Shown one piece after another: positions 30,401 to 44,900 of a DNA stretch of 64,000 bases. The number at the start of each line of letters is the position of its first letter. Position 1 is the first letter of the stretch. Position numbers and translations under genes: made by a program. Origin of the DNA: Yuukianura sp. NJ FZ-2021 (lineage: Eukaryota); NCBI GenBank assembly GCA_046563655.1, contig CM102286.1, positions 9,424,001 through 9,488,000 on the forward strand, given 5' to 3'. The notes under the pieces were generated by a model, which worked only from the letters and a program-made list of their open reading frames with translations, ran no database searches and was not told the origin of the DNA.

Positions 30401-33400
30401 GCGCGAATTGGATGCTGTGCATTTAGTGTCGCTTGACCGCCAAATTTTTAGGGCAAGCGAAGCGGTCGTTGGTCTAGGCGATAGTGAAACGGCTTCATGG
30501 GTTTTCTCTTTGATTAAAATTCTGAAAAAATTTTCACCGTTTTAAGAAACCAAAAGAAATGCTTAATTGTCAATTATCGAGACGCGTGGAGTTGATGCTG
30601 TGCATTTAGAGTTGCTTGACCGCCACATTTTGAGGGCAAGCGAAGCGGTAGTTGTTCTTGGCGATTGTGAAACGGCTTCATGGGTTTTCTTTATGATTAA
30701 AATTCTGAAAAATTTTCCACCGTTTTAAGAAATCAAAACAAATGCTTAATTGTCAATTAATGAGACGCGCGAATTGGATGCTGTGCATTTAGCGTTGCTT
30801 GACCGCCACATTTTGAGGGCAAGCGAAGCGGTAGTTGTTCTTGGCGATAGTGAAACGGCTTCATGGGTTTTCTCTTTGATTAAAATTCTGAAAAAATTTT
30901 CGCCGTTTTAAGAAGTCAAAACAAATGCTTAATTGTCAATTAATGACACGCGCGAAGTTGATGCTGTGCATTTAGAGTTGCTTGACCGCCACATTTTGAG
31001 GGCAAGCGAAGCGGTAGTTGTTCTTGGCGATTGTGAAACGGCTTCATGGGTTTTCTTTATGATTAAAATTCTGAAAAATTTTCCACCGTTTTAAGAAATC
31101 AAAACAAATGCTTAATTGTCAATTAATGAGACGCGCGAATTGGATGCTGTGCATTTAGCGTTGCTTGACCGCCACATTTTGAGGGCAAGCGAAGCGGTAG
31201 TTGTTATTGGCGATAGTGTAACGGCTTCATGGGTTTTCTCTTTGATTAAAATTCTGAAAAATTTTCCACCGTTTTAAGAAATCAAAACAAATGCTTAATT
31301 GTCAATTCATGAGACGCGCGAAGTTGATGCTGTGCATTTAGCGTTGCTTGACCGCCACATTTTGAGGGCAAGCGAAGCGGTAGTTGTTCTTGGCGATAGT
31401 GAAACGGCTTCATGGGTTTTCTCTTTGATTAAAATTCTGAAAAAATTTTCACCGTTTTAAGAAATCAAAAGAAATGCTTAATTGTCAATTCATGAGACGC
31501 GTGAAGTTGATGCTGTGCATTTAGCGTCGCTTGACCGCCACATTTTGAGGGCAAGCGAAGCGGTCGTAGCTTTTGGCGATAGTGAAACGGCTTCATGGGT
31601 TTTCTCTTTGATTAAAATTCTGAAAAAATTTTCACCGTTTTAAGAAACCAAAAGAAATGCTTAATTGTCAATTATCGAGACGCGTAAAGTTGATGCTGTG
31701 CATTTAGAGTTGCTTTACCGCCACATTTTGAGGGCAAGCGAAGCGGTATTGTTCTTGGCGATAGTGAAACGGCTTCATGGGTTTTCTCTTTGATTAAAAT
31801 TCTGGAAAATTTTCCACCGTTTTAAGAAATCAAAACAAATGCTTAATTGTCAATTAATGAGACGCGCGAATTGGATGCTGTGCATTTAGCGTTCCTTGAC
31901 CGCCACATTTTGAGCGTAAGCGAAGCGGTAGTTGTTCTTGTCGATAGTGAAACGGCTTCATGGGTTTTCTCTTTGATTAAAATTCTGGAAAATTTTCCAC
32001 CGTTTTAAGAAATCAAAACAAATGCTTAATTGTCAATTCATGAGACGCGCGAAGTTGATGCTGTGCATTTAGCATTGCTTGACCGCCACATTTTGAAGGC
32101 AAGCGAAGCGGTCGTTGGTCTAGGCGATAGTGAAACGGCTTCATGGGTTTTCTCTTTGATTAAAATTCTGAAAAAATTTTCACCGTTTTAAGAAACAAAA
32201 AGAAATGCTTAATTGTCAATTAATGAGACGCGCGAATTGGATGCTGTGCATTTAGCGTTGCTTGACCGCCACATTTTGAGGGCAAGCGAAGTGGTCGTTG
32301 TTCTTGGCGATAGTGAAACGGCTTCATGGGTTTTCTTTTGATTAAAATTCTGGAAAATTTTCCACCGTTTTAAAAAATCAAAACAAATGCTTAATTGTCA
32401 ATTATCTAGACGCGTGAAGTTGATGCTGTGCATTTAGAGTTGCTTGACCGCCACATTTTGAGGGCAAGCGAAGCGGTAGTTGTTCTTGGCGATTGTGAAA
32501 CGGCTTCATGGGTTTTCTCTTTGATTAAAATTCTGGAAAATTTTCCACCGTTTTAAGAAATCAAAACAAATGCTTAATTGTCAATTCATGAGACGCGCGA
32601 ATTGGATGCTGTGCATTTAGCGTTGCTTGACCGCCACATTTTGAGGGCAAGCGAAGCGGTCGTTGTTCTTGGCGATAGTGAAACGGCTTCATGGGTTTTC
32701 TCTTTGATTAAAATTCTGAAAAATTTTCCACCGTTTTAAGAAATCAAAACAAATGCTTAATTGTCAATTAATGAGACGCGCGAAGCTGATGCTGTGCATT
32801 TACAGTTGCTTGACCGCCACATTTTGAGGGCAAGCGACGCGGTAGTTGTTCTTGGCGATTGTGAAACGGCTTCATGGGTTTTCTCTTTGATTAAAATTCT
32901 GAAAAATTTTCCACCGTTTTAAGAAATCAAAACAAATGCTTAATTGTCAATTAATGAGACGCGCGAATTGGATGCTGTGCATTTAGCGTTCCTTGACCGC
33001 CACATTTTGAGGGCAAGCGAAGCGGTCGTTGTTCTTGGCGATAGTGAAACGGCTTCATGGGTTTTCTTTTTGATTAAAATTCTGGAAAATTTTCCACCGT
33101 TTTAAGAAATCAAAACAAATGCTTAATTGTCAATTAATGAGACGCGCGAAGTTGATGCAGTGCATTTAGAGTTGCTTGACCGCCACATTTTGAGGGCAAG
33201 CGAAGCGGTAGTTGTTCTTGGCGATTGTGAAACGGCTTCATGGGTTTTCTCTTTGATTAAAATTCTGAAAAATTTTCCACCGTTTTAAGAAATCAAAACA
33301 AATGCTTAATTGTCAATTAATGAGACGCGCGAATTGGATGCTGTGCATTTAGCGTTCCTTGACCGCCACATTTTGAGGGCAAGCGAAGCGGTCGTTGTTC

Positions 33401-36400
33401 TTGGCGATAGTGAAACGGCTTCATGGGTTTTCTCTTTGATTAAAATTCTGAAAATTTTCACCGTTTTAAGAAATCAAAACAAATGCTTAATTGTCAATCA
33501 ATGAGACGCGCGAAGTTGATGCTGTGCATTTAGAGTTGCTTGACCGCCACATTTTGAGGGCAAGCGAAGCGGTAGTTGTTCTTGGCGATTGTGAAACGGC
33601 TTCATGGGTTTTCTTTATGATTAAAATTCTGAAAAATTTTCCACCGTTTTAAGAAATCAAAACAAATGCTTAATTGTCAATTAATGAGACGCGCGAATTG
33701 GATGCTGTGCATTTAGCGTTGCTTGACCGCCACATTTTGAGGGCAAGCGAAGCGGTAGTTGTTCTTGGCGATAGTGAAACGGCTTCATGGGTTTTCTCTT
33801 TGATTAAAATTCTGAAAAAATTTTCGCCGTTTTAAGAAGCCAAAAGAAATGCTTAATTGTCAATTATCGACACGCGCGAAGTTGATGCTGTGCATTTAGA
33901 GTTGCTTGACCGCCACATTTTGAGGGCAAGCGAAGCGGTAGTTGTTCTTGGCGATTGTGAAACGGCTTCATGGGTTTTCTTTATGATTAAAATTCTGAAA
34001 AATTTTCCACCGTTTTAAGAAATCAAAACAAATGCTTAATTGTCAATTAATGAGACGCGCGAATTGGATGCTGTGCATTTAGCGTTGCTTGACCGCCACA
34101 TTTTGAGGGCAAGCGAAGCGGTAGTTGTTCTTGGCGATAGTGTAAACGGCTTCATGGGTTTTCTCTTTGATTAAAATTCTGAAAAAATTTTCACCGTTTT
34201 AAGAAACCAAAAGAAATGCTTAATTGTCAATTATCGAGACGCGTGAAGTTGATGCTGTGCATTTAGTGTCGCTTGACCGCCAAATTTTTAGGGCAAGCGA
34301 AGCGGTCGTTGGTCTGGGCGATAGTGAAACGGCTTCATGGGTTTTCTCTTTGATTAAAATTCTGAAAAAATTTTCACCGTTTTAAGAAATCAAAACAAAT
34401 GCTTAATTGTCAATTCACGAGACACGTGAAGTTGATGCTGTGCATTTAGCGGTGCTTGACCGCCACATTTTGAGCGCATGCGAAGAGGTCGTTGTTCTTG
34501 GCGATAGTGAAACGGCTTCATGGGTTTTCTCTTTGATTAAAATTCTGAAAATTTTTCCTCCGTTTTAAGAAATCAAAACAAATGCTTAATTGTCAATTGA
34601 CGAGACGCGTGGACTTGATGCTGTGCATTTAGAGTTGCTTTACCGCCACATTTTGAGGGCAAGCGAAGCGGTATTGTTCTTGGCGATAGTGAAACGGCTT
34701 CATGGGTTTTCTCTTTGATTAAAATTCTGGAAAATTTTCCACCGTTTTAAGAAATCAAAACAAATGCTTAATTGTCAATTAATGAGACGCGCGAATTGGA
34801 TGCTGTGCATTTAGCGTTCCTTGACCGCCACATTTTGAGCGTAAGCGAAGCGGTAGTTGTTCTTGTCGATAGTGAAACGGCTTCATGGGTTTTCTCTTTG
34901 ATTAAAATTCTGGAAAATTTTCCACCGTTTTAAGAAATCAAAACAAATGCTTAATTGTCAATTCATGAGACGCGTGGAGTTGATGCTGTGCATTTAGTGT
35001 CGCTTGACCGCCAAATTTTTAGGGCAAGCGAAGCGGTCGTTGGTCTAGGCGATAGTGAAACGGCTTCATGGGTTTTCTCTTTGATTAAAATTCTGAAAAA
35101 ATTTTCACCGTTTTAAGAAGCCAAAAGAAATGCTTAATTGTCAATTCATGAGACGCGCGAATTGGATGCTGTGCATTTAGCGTTGCTTGACCGCCACATT
35201 TTGAGGGCAAGCGAAGCGGTCGTAGCTCTTGGCGATAGTGAAACGGCTTCATGGGTTTTCTCTTTGATTAAAATTCTGGAAAAATTTTCACCGTTTTAAG
35301 AAATCAAAAGAAATGCTTAATTGTCAATTCATGAGACGCGCGAAGTTGATGCTGTGCATTTAGAGTTGCTTGACCGCCACATTTTGAGGGCAAGCGAAGC
35401 GGTAGTTGTTCTTGGCGATTGTGAAACGGCTTCATGGGTTTTCTCTTTGATTAAAATTCTGGAAAATTTTCCACCGTTTTAAGAAATCAAAACAAATGCT
35501 TAATTGTCAATTCATGAGACGCGCGAAGTTGATGCTGTGCATTTAGCGTTGCTTGACCGCCACATTTTGAGGGCAAGCGAAGCGGTAGTTGTTCTTGGCG
35601 ATAGTGAAACGGCTTCATGGGTTTTCTCTTTGATTAAAACTCTGAAAAATTTTCCACCGTTTTAAGAAATCAAAACAAATGCTTAATTGTCAATTAATGA
35701 GACGCGCGAATTGGATGCTGTTAATTTAGCGTTGCTTGACCGCCACATTTTGAGGGCAAGCGAAGCGGTAGTTGTTCTTGGCGATAGTGAAACGGCTTCA
35801 TGGGTTTTCTCTTTGATTAAAATTCTGAAAAAATTTTCACCGTTTTAAGAAACCAAAAGAAATGCTTAATTGTCAATTATCGAGACGCGTGAAGTTGATG
35901 CTGTGCATTTAGTGTCGCTTGACCGCCAAATTTTGAAGGCAAGCGAAGCGGTATTGTTCTTGGCGATAGTGAAACGGCTTCATGGGTTTTCTCTTTGATT
36001 AAAATTCTGAAAAATTTTCCACCGTTTTAAGAAATCAAAACAAATGCTTAATTGTCAATTAATGAGACGCGCGAAGTTGATGCTGTGCATTTAGAGTTGC
36101 TTTACCGCCACATTTTGAGGGCAAGCGAAGCGGTATTGTTCTTGGCGATAGTGAAACGGCTTCATGGGTTTTCTCTTTGATTAAAATTCTGGAAAATTTT
36201 CCACCGTTTTAAGAAATCAAAACAAATGCTTAATTGTCAATTAATGAGACGCGCGAATTGGATGCTGTGCATTTAGCGTTCCTTGACCGCCACATTTTGA
36301 GCGTAAGCGAAGCGGTAGTTGTTCTTGTCGATAGTGAAACGGCTTCATGGGTTTTCTCTTGATTAAAATTCTGAAAAATTTTCCACCGTTTTAAGAAATC

Positions 36401-39400
36401 AAAACAAATGCTTAATTGTCAATTATCGAGACGCGTGAAGTTGATGCTGTGCATTTAGCGTTGCTTGACCGCCACATTTTGAGGGCAAGCGAAGCGGTCG
36501 TTGGTCTAGGCGATAGTGAAACGGCTTCATGGGTTTTCTCTTTGATTAAAATTCTGAAAAATTTTCCACCGTTTTAAGAAATCAAAACAAATGCTTAATT
36601 GTCAATTCATGAGACGCGCGAAGTTGATGCTGTGCATTTAGAGTTGCTTTACCGCCACATTTTGAGGGCAAGCGAAGCGGTATTGTTCTTGGCGATAGTG
36701 AAACGGCTTCATGGGTTTTCTCTTTGATTAAAATTCTGGAAAAATTTTCACCGTTTTAAGAAATCAAAACAAATGCTTAATTGTCAATTAATGAGACGCG
36801 CGAAGTTGATGCTGTGCATTTAGAGTTGCTTTACCGCCACATTTTGAGGGCAAGCGAAGCGGTATTGTTCTTGGCGATAGTGAAACGGCTTCATGGGTTT
36901 TCTCTTTGATTAAAATTCTGAAAAAATTTTCACCGTTTTAAGAAGCCAAAAGAAATGCTTAATTGTCAATTATCGAGACGCGTAAAGTTGATGCTGTGCA
37001 TTTAGCATTGCTTGACCGCCACATTTTGAAGGCAAGCGAAGCGGTCGTTGGTCTAGGCGATAGTGAAACGGCTTCATGGGTTTTCTCTTTGATTAAAATT
37101 CTGAAAAAATTTTCACCGTTTTAAGAAACCAAAAGAAATGCTTAATTGTCAATTATCGAGACGCGTGGAGTTGATGCTGTGCATTTAGCAGTGCTTGACC
37201 GCCACATTTTGAAGGCAAGCGAAGCGGTCGTTGTTCTTGGCGATAGTGAAACGGCTTCATGGGTTTTCTCTTTGATTAAAATTCTGAAAAATTTTCCACC
37301 GTTTTAAGAAATCAAAACAAATGCTTAATTGTCAATTAATGAGACGCGCGAATTGGATGCTGTGCATTTAGCGTTGCTTGACCGCCACATTTTGAGGGCA
37401 AGCGAAGCGGTAGTTGTTCTTGGCGATAGTGAAACGGCTTCATGGGTTTTCTCTTTGATTAAAATTCTGAAAAATTTTCCACCGTTTTAAGAAATCAAAA
37501 CAAATGCTTAATTGTCAATTCATGAGACGCGCGAAGTTGATGCTGTGCATTTAGAGTTGCTTTACCGCCACATTTTGAGGGCAAGCGAAGCGGTATTGTT
37601 CTTGGCGATAGTGAAACGGCTTCATGGGTTTTCTCTTTGATTAAAATTCTGGAAAATTTTCCACCGTTTTAAGAAATCAAAACAAATGCTTAATTGTCAA
37701 TTAATGAGACGCGCGAATTGGATGCTGTGCATTTAGCGTTCCTTGACCGCCACATTTTGAGGGCAAGCGAAGCGGTCGTTGGTCTAGGCGATAGTGAAAC
37801 GGCTTCATGGGTTTTCTCTTTGATTAAAATTCTGAAAAAATTTTCGCCGTTTTAAGAAACCAAAAGAAATGCTTAATTGTCAATTATCGAGACGCGTAAA
37901 GTTGATGCTGTGCATTTAGTGTCGCTTGACCGCCAAATTTTTAGGCAAGCGAAGCGGTATTGTTCTTGGCGATAGTGAAACGGCTTCATGGGTTTCCTCT
38001 TTGATTAAAATTCTGAAAATTTTTCCTCCGTTTTAAGAAATCAAAACAAATGCTTAATTGTCAATTGACGAGACACGTGGACTTGATGCTGTGCATTTAG
38101 CGGTGCTTGACCGCCACATTTTGAGGTCAAGCGAAGCGGTCGTTGTTCTTGGGGATAGTGAAACGGCTTCATGGGTTTTCTCTTTGATTAAAATTCTGAA
38201 AAAATTTTCACCGTTTTAAGAAACCAAAAGAAATGCTTAATTGTCAATTAATGAGACGCGCGAATTGGATGCTGTGCATTTAGCGTTGCTTGACCGCCAC
38301 ATTTTGAGGGCAAGCGAAGCGGTCGTTGGTCTGGGCGATAGTGAAACGGCTTCATGGGTTTTCTCTTTGATTAAAATTCTGAAAAAATTTTCACCGTTTT
38401 AAGAAACCAAAAGAAATGCTTAATTGTCAATTATCGAGACGCGTGGAGTTGATGCTGTGCATTTAGAGTTGCTTGACCGCCACATTTTGAGGGCAAGCGA
38501 AGCGGTATTGTTCTTGGCGATAGTGAAACGGCTTCATGGGTTTTCTCTTTGATTAAAATTCTGGAAAATTTTCCACCGTTTTAAGAAATCAAAACAAATG
38601 CTTAATTGTCAATTAATGAGACGCGCGAATTGGATGCTGTGCATTTAGCGTTCCTTGACCGCCACATTTTGAGCGTAAGCGAAGCGGTAGTTGTTCTTGT
38701 CGATAGTGAAACGGCTTCATGGGTTTTCTCTTTGATTAAAATTCTGGAAAATTTTCCACCGTTTTAAGAAATCAAAACAAATGCTTAATTTTCAATTCAT
38801 GAGACGCGCGAAGTTGATGCTGTGCATTTAGCGTTGCTTGACCGCCACATTTTGAGGGCAAGCGAAGCGGTCGTTGTTCTTGGCGATAGTGAAACGGCTT
38901 CATGGGTTTTCTCTTTGATTAAAATTCTGAAAATTTTTCCTCCGTTTTAAGAAATCAAAACAAATGCTTAATTGTCAATTCATGAGACGCGCGAATTGGA
39001 TGCTGTGCATTTAGCGTTCCTTGACCGCCACATTTTGAGCGTAAGCGAAGCGGTAGTTGTTCTTGTCGATAGTGAAACGGCTTCATGGGTTTTCTCTTTG
39101 ATTAAAATTCTGAAAAAATTTTCACCGTTTTAAGAAACCAAAAGAAATGCTTAATTGTCAATTCATGAGACGCGTGAAGTTGATGCTGTGCATTTAGCGT
39201 TGCTTGACCGCCACATTTTGAGGGCAAGCGAAGCGGTCGTTGCTCTTGGCGATAGTGAAACGGCTTCATGGGTTTTCTCTTTGATTAAAATTCTGGAAAA
39301 ATTTTCACCGTTTTAAGAAACCAAAAGAAATGCTTAATTGTCAATTATCGAGACGCGTGGAGTTGATGCTGTGCATTTAGTGTCGCTTGACCGCCAAATT

Positions 39401-41930
39401 TTTAGGGCAAGCGAAGCGGTCGTTGGTCTAGGCGATAGTGAAACGGCTTCATGGGTTTTCTCTTTGATTAAAATTCTGAAAAAATTTTCACCGTTTTAAA
39501 AAACCAAAAGAAATGCTTAATTGTCAATTATCGAGACGCGTAAAGTTGATGCTGTGCATTTAGCATTGCTTGACCGCCACATTTTGAAGGCAAGCGAAGC
39601 GGTCGTTGGTCTAGGCGATAGTGAAACGGCTTCATGGGCTTTCTCTTTGATTAAAATTCTGAAAATTTTCCACCGTTTTAAGAAATCAAAACAAATGCTT
39701 AATTGTCAATTAATGAGACGCGCGAATTGGATGCTGTGCATTTAGCGTTGCTTGACCGCCACATTTTGAGGGCAAGCGAAGCGGTAGTTGTTCTTGGCGA
39801 TAGTGAAACGGCTTCATGGGTTTTCTCTTTGATTAAAATTCTGAAAATTTTCACCGTTTTAAGAAATCAAAACAAATGCTTAATTGTCAATTCATGAGAC
39901 GCGCGAAGTTGATGCTGTGCATTTAGAGTTGCTTTACCGCCACATTTTGAGGGCAAGCGAAGCGGTATTGTTCTTGGCGATAGTGAAACGGCTTCATGGG
40001 TTTTCTCTTTGATTAAAATTCTGGAAAATTTTCCACCGTTTTAAGAAATCAAAACAAATGCTTAATTGTCAATTAATGAGACGCGCGAAGTTGATGCTGT
40101 GCATTTAGAGTTGCTTTACCGCCACATTTTGAGGGCAAGCGAAGCGGTATTGTTCTTGGCGATAGTGAAACGGCTTCATGGGTTTTCTCTTTGATTAAAA
40201 TTCTGGAAAATTTTCCACCGTTTTAAGAAATCAAAACAAATGCTTAATTGTCAATTAATGAGACGCGCGAATTGGATGCTGTGCATTTAGCGTTCCTTGA
40301 CCGCCACATTTTGAGCGTAAGCGAAGCGGTAGTTGTTCTTGTCGATAGTGAAACGGCTTCATGGGTTTTCTCTTTGATTAAAATTCTGAAAAATTTTCCA
40401 CCGTTTTAAGAAATCAAAACAAATGCTTAATTGTCAATTCATGAGACGCGCGAAGTTGATGCTGTGCATTTAGAGTTGCTTGACCGCCACATTTTGAGGG
40501 CAAGCGAAGCGGTAGTTGTTCTTGGCGATTGTGAAACGGCTTCATGGGTTTTCTCTTTGATTAAAATTCTGAAAATTTTTCCTCCGTTTTAAGAAATCAA
40601 AACAAATGCTTAATTGTCAATTGACGAGACACGTGGACTTGATGCTGTGCATTTAGCGGTGCTTGACCGCCACATTTTGAGCGCATGCGAAGAGGTCGTT
40701 GTTCTTGGCGATAGTGAAACGGCTTCATGGGTTTTCTCTTTGATTAAAATTCTGAAAATTTTTCCTCCGTTTTAAGAAATCAAAACAAATGCTTAATTGT
40801 CAATTATCGAGACGCGTAAAGTTGATGCTGTGCATTTAGCATTGCTTGACCGCCACATTTTGATGGCAAGCGAAGCGGTCGTTGGTCTAGGCGATAGTGA
40901 AACGGCTTCATGGGTTTTCTCTTTGATTAAAATTCTGAAAAAATTTTCACCGTTTTAAGAAACCAAAAGAAATGCTTAATTGTCAATTATCGAGACGCGC
41001 GAATTGGATGCTGTGCATTTAGTGTCGCTTGACCGCCAAATTTTTAGGGCAAGCGAAGCGGTCGTAGCTTTTGGCGATAGTGAAACGGCTTCATGGGTTT
41101 TCTATTTGATTAAAATTCTGAAAAAATTTTCGCCGTTTTAAGAAGCCAAAAGAAATGCTTAATTGTCAATTATCGAGACGCGTAAAGTTGATGCTGTGCA
41201 TTTAGCATTGCTTGACCGCCACATTTTGAAGGCAAGCGAAGCGGTCGTTGGTCTAGGCGATAGTGAAACGGCTTCGTTGGTTTTCTTTTTGATTAAAATT
41301 CTGGAAAATTTTCCACCGTTTTAAGAAATCAAAACAAATGCTTAATTGTCAATTAATGAGACGCGCGAATTGGATGCTGTGCATTTAGCGTTCCTTGACC
41401 GCCACATTTTGAGCGTAAGCGAAGCGGTAGTTGTTCTTGGCGATAGTGAAACGGCTTCATGGGTTTTCTCTTTGATTAAAATTCTGGAAAATTTTCCACC
41501 GTTTTAAGAAATCAAAACAAATGCTTAATTGTCAATTCATGAGACGCGCGAAGTTGATGCTGTGCATTTAGCGTTGCTTGACCGCCACATTTTGAGGGCA
41601 AGCGAAGCGGTCGTTGTTCTTGGCGATAGGGAAACGGCTTCATGGGTTTTCTCTTTGATTAAAATTCTGGAAAATTTTCCACCGTTTTAAGAAATCAAAA
41701 CAAATGCTTAATTGTCAATTCATGAGACGCGCGAAGTTGATGCTGTGCATTTAGAGTTGCTTGACCGCCACATTTTGAGGGCAAGCGAAGCGGTATTGTT
41801 CTTGGCGATAGTGAAACGGCTTCATGGGTTTTCTCTTTGATTAAAATTCTGAAAAATTTTCCACCGTTTTAAGAAATCAAAACAAATGCTTAATTGTCAA
41901 TTCATGAGACGCGCGAAGTTGATGCTGTGC
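27401..41930. repeat. Satellite DNA, ~183-bp monomer, ~79 copies
   Basis: Head-to-tail repeat with measured period 183 (27418, 27601, 27784); mosaic sequence variants. Confidence 0.97.
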
Positions 41931-44900
41931 TTCTTGTCGCCTCTCTGTCCACCCTAATTTTATAGCCATATGGACTACCAAGCCAAAAAACGCGTGTAGT
42001 AGAGACAACGCAAACTTGTTGGCCAACATTCCATACTGTAGAATGAATAAGGCAAGCACGGACTATTAGCATTCGTAAACAACATCAAGAAACTTTTATC
42101 CTGAACTTTGACAACGCGATGTTTCTCAAAATTAGAAGTAGATAAATGAGGCTTGGTAAACTTTATTTGTCTGAAACACGTTATCCCCGACAAGAAAGTC
42201 TTGTTGTAGTTCTAGTGCCACCAAGAAGCATTTTTGAATTTGCGAATAGTATCACAGGCACGCTTAAAATTAGGTCAAGCAGTGAGGTCAAGGTCCTGAT
42301 TATTCCAATTGATATCGAATTAATTACAACTGCAGCATCTAGCATGCTACTGCAATTCCCTGTAGTATTTTGGTTGAAATTTTTCAAGTGCAACAATGAT
42401 TAATCGTTTGAGCCTACTTCTTGTCGCCTCTCTGTCCACCCTAATTTTATAGCCATATGGACTACCAAGCCAAAAAACGCGTGTAGTAGAGACAACGCAA
42501 CTTGTTGGCCAACATTCCATACTGTAGAATGAATAAGGCAAGCACGGACTATTAGACTTCGTAAACAACATCAAGAAACTTTTATCCTGAACCTTGACAA
42601 CGCGATGCTTCTCAAAATTAGAAGTAGATAAATGAGGCTTGGTTAATTTTATTTGTCTCAAACACGTTATCCCCGACAAGAAAGTCCTGTTGTAGTTTTA
42701 GTGCCACCAAGAAGCATTTTTGAATTTGCGAATAGTATCACAGGCACGCTTAAAATTAGGCCAACCAGTGAGGTCAAGGTCCTGATTATTCCAATTGATA
42801 TCGAATTAATTACAACTGCAGAATCTAGCATGCTACTGCAATTCCCTGTAGTATTTTGGTTGAAATTTTTCAAGTGCAACAATGATTAATCGTTTGAGCC
42901 TACTTCTTGTCGCCTCTCTGTCCACCCTAATTTTATAGCCATATGGACTACCAAGCCAAAAAACGCGTTTAGTAGAGACAACGCAAACTTGTTGGCCAAC
43001 ATTCCATACTGTAGAATGAATAAGGCAAGCACGGACTATTAGCCTTCGTAAACAACATCAAGAAACTTTTATCCTGAACTTTGACAACGCGATGTTTCTC
43101 AAAATTAGAAGTAGATAAATGAGGCTTGGTAAACTTTATTTGTCTGAAACACGTTATCCCCGACAAGAAAGTCTTGTTGTAGTTCTAGTGCCACCAAGAA
43201 GCATTTTTGAATTTGCGAATAGTATCACAGGCACGCTTAAAATTAGGTCAAGCAGTGAGGTCAAGGTCCTGATTATTCCCAATTGATATCGAATTAATTA
43301 CAACTGCAGAATCTAGCATGCTACTGCAATTCCCTGTAGTATTTTGGTTGAAATTTTTCAAGTGCAACAATGATTAATCGTTTGAGCCTACTTCTTGTCG
43401 CCTCTCTGTCCACCCTAATTTTATAGCCATATGGACTACCAAGCCAAAAAACGCGTGTAGTAGAGACAACGCAACTTGTTGGCCAACATTCCATACTGTA
43501 GAATGAATAAGGCAAGCACGGACTATTAGACTTTGTAAACAACATCAAGAAACTTTTATCCTGAACCTTGACAACGCGATGCTTCTCAAAATTAGAAGTA
43601 GATAAATGAGGCTTGGTTAACTTTATTTGTCTCAAACACGTTATCCCCGACAAGAAAGTCTTGTTGTAGTTCTAGTGCCACCAAGAAGCATTTTTGAATT
43701 TGCGAATAGTATCACAGGCACGCTTAAAATTAGGTCAAGCAGTGAGGTCAAGGTCCTGATTATCCCAATTGATATCGAATTAATTACAACTGCAGAATCT
43801 AGCATGCTACTGCAATTCCCTGTAGTATTTTGGTTGAAATTTTTCAAGTGCAACAATGATTAATCGTTTGAGCCTACTTCTTGTCGCCTCTCTGTCCACC
43901 CTAATTTTATAGCCATATGGACTACCAAGCCAAAAAACGCGTGTAGTAGAGACAACGCAACTTGTTGGCCAACATTCCATACTGTAGAATGAATAAGGCA
44001 AGCACGGACTATTAGACTTTGTAAACAACATCAAGAAACTTTTATCCTGAACCTTGACAACGCGATGCTTCTCAAAATTAGAAGTAGATAAATGAGGCTT
44101 GGTTAACTTTATTTGTCTCAAACACGTTATCACCGACAAGAAAGTCCTGTTGTAGTTTTAGTGCCACCAAGAAGCATTTTTGAATTTGCGAATAGTATCA
44201 CAGGCACGCTTAAAATTAGGCCAACCAGTGAGGTCAAGGTCCTGATTATTCCAATTGATATCGAATTAATTACAACTGCAGAATCTAGCATGCTACTGCA
44301 ATTCCCTGTAGTATTTTGGTTGAAATTTTTCAAGCGCAACAATGATTAGTCGTTTGAGCCTACTTCTTGTCGCCTCTCTGCCCACTCTAATTTTATAGCC
44401 ATATGGACTATCAAGCCAAGAAACGCGTGTAGTAGAGACAACGCAAACTTGTTGGCCAACATTCCATACTGTAGAATGAATAAGGCAAGCACGGACTACT
44501 AGCCTTCGTAAACAACATCAAGAAACTTTTATCCTGAACCTTGACAACGCGATGTTTTTCAAAATTAGAAGTAGATAAATGAGGCTTGGTTATCTTTATT
44601 TGTCTCAAACACGTTATCCCCGACAAGAAAGTCCTGTTGTAGTTTTAGTGCCACCAAGAAGCATTTTTGAATTTGCGAATAGTATCACAGGCACGCTTAA
44701 AATTAGGCCAACCAGTGAGGTCAAGGTCCTGATTATTCCAATTGATATCGAATTAATTACAACTGCAGAATCTAGCATGCTACTGCAATTCCCTGTAGTA
44801 TTTTGGTTGAAATTTTTCAAGTGCAACAATGATTAATCGTTTGAGCCTACTTCTTGTCGCCTCTCTGTCCACCCTAATTTTATAGCCATATGGACTACCA

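Noticed and set aside
41930..42417. Possible internal sub-repeats in the 487-bp monomer, or homology to the 183-bp monomer
   Set aside because: Only short AT-rich word matches (CAAGAA, AAAATTAG, GCAAGC); cannot be supported without alignment statistics.
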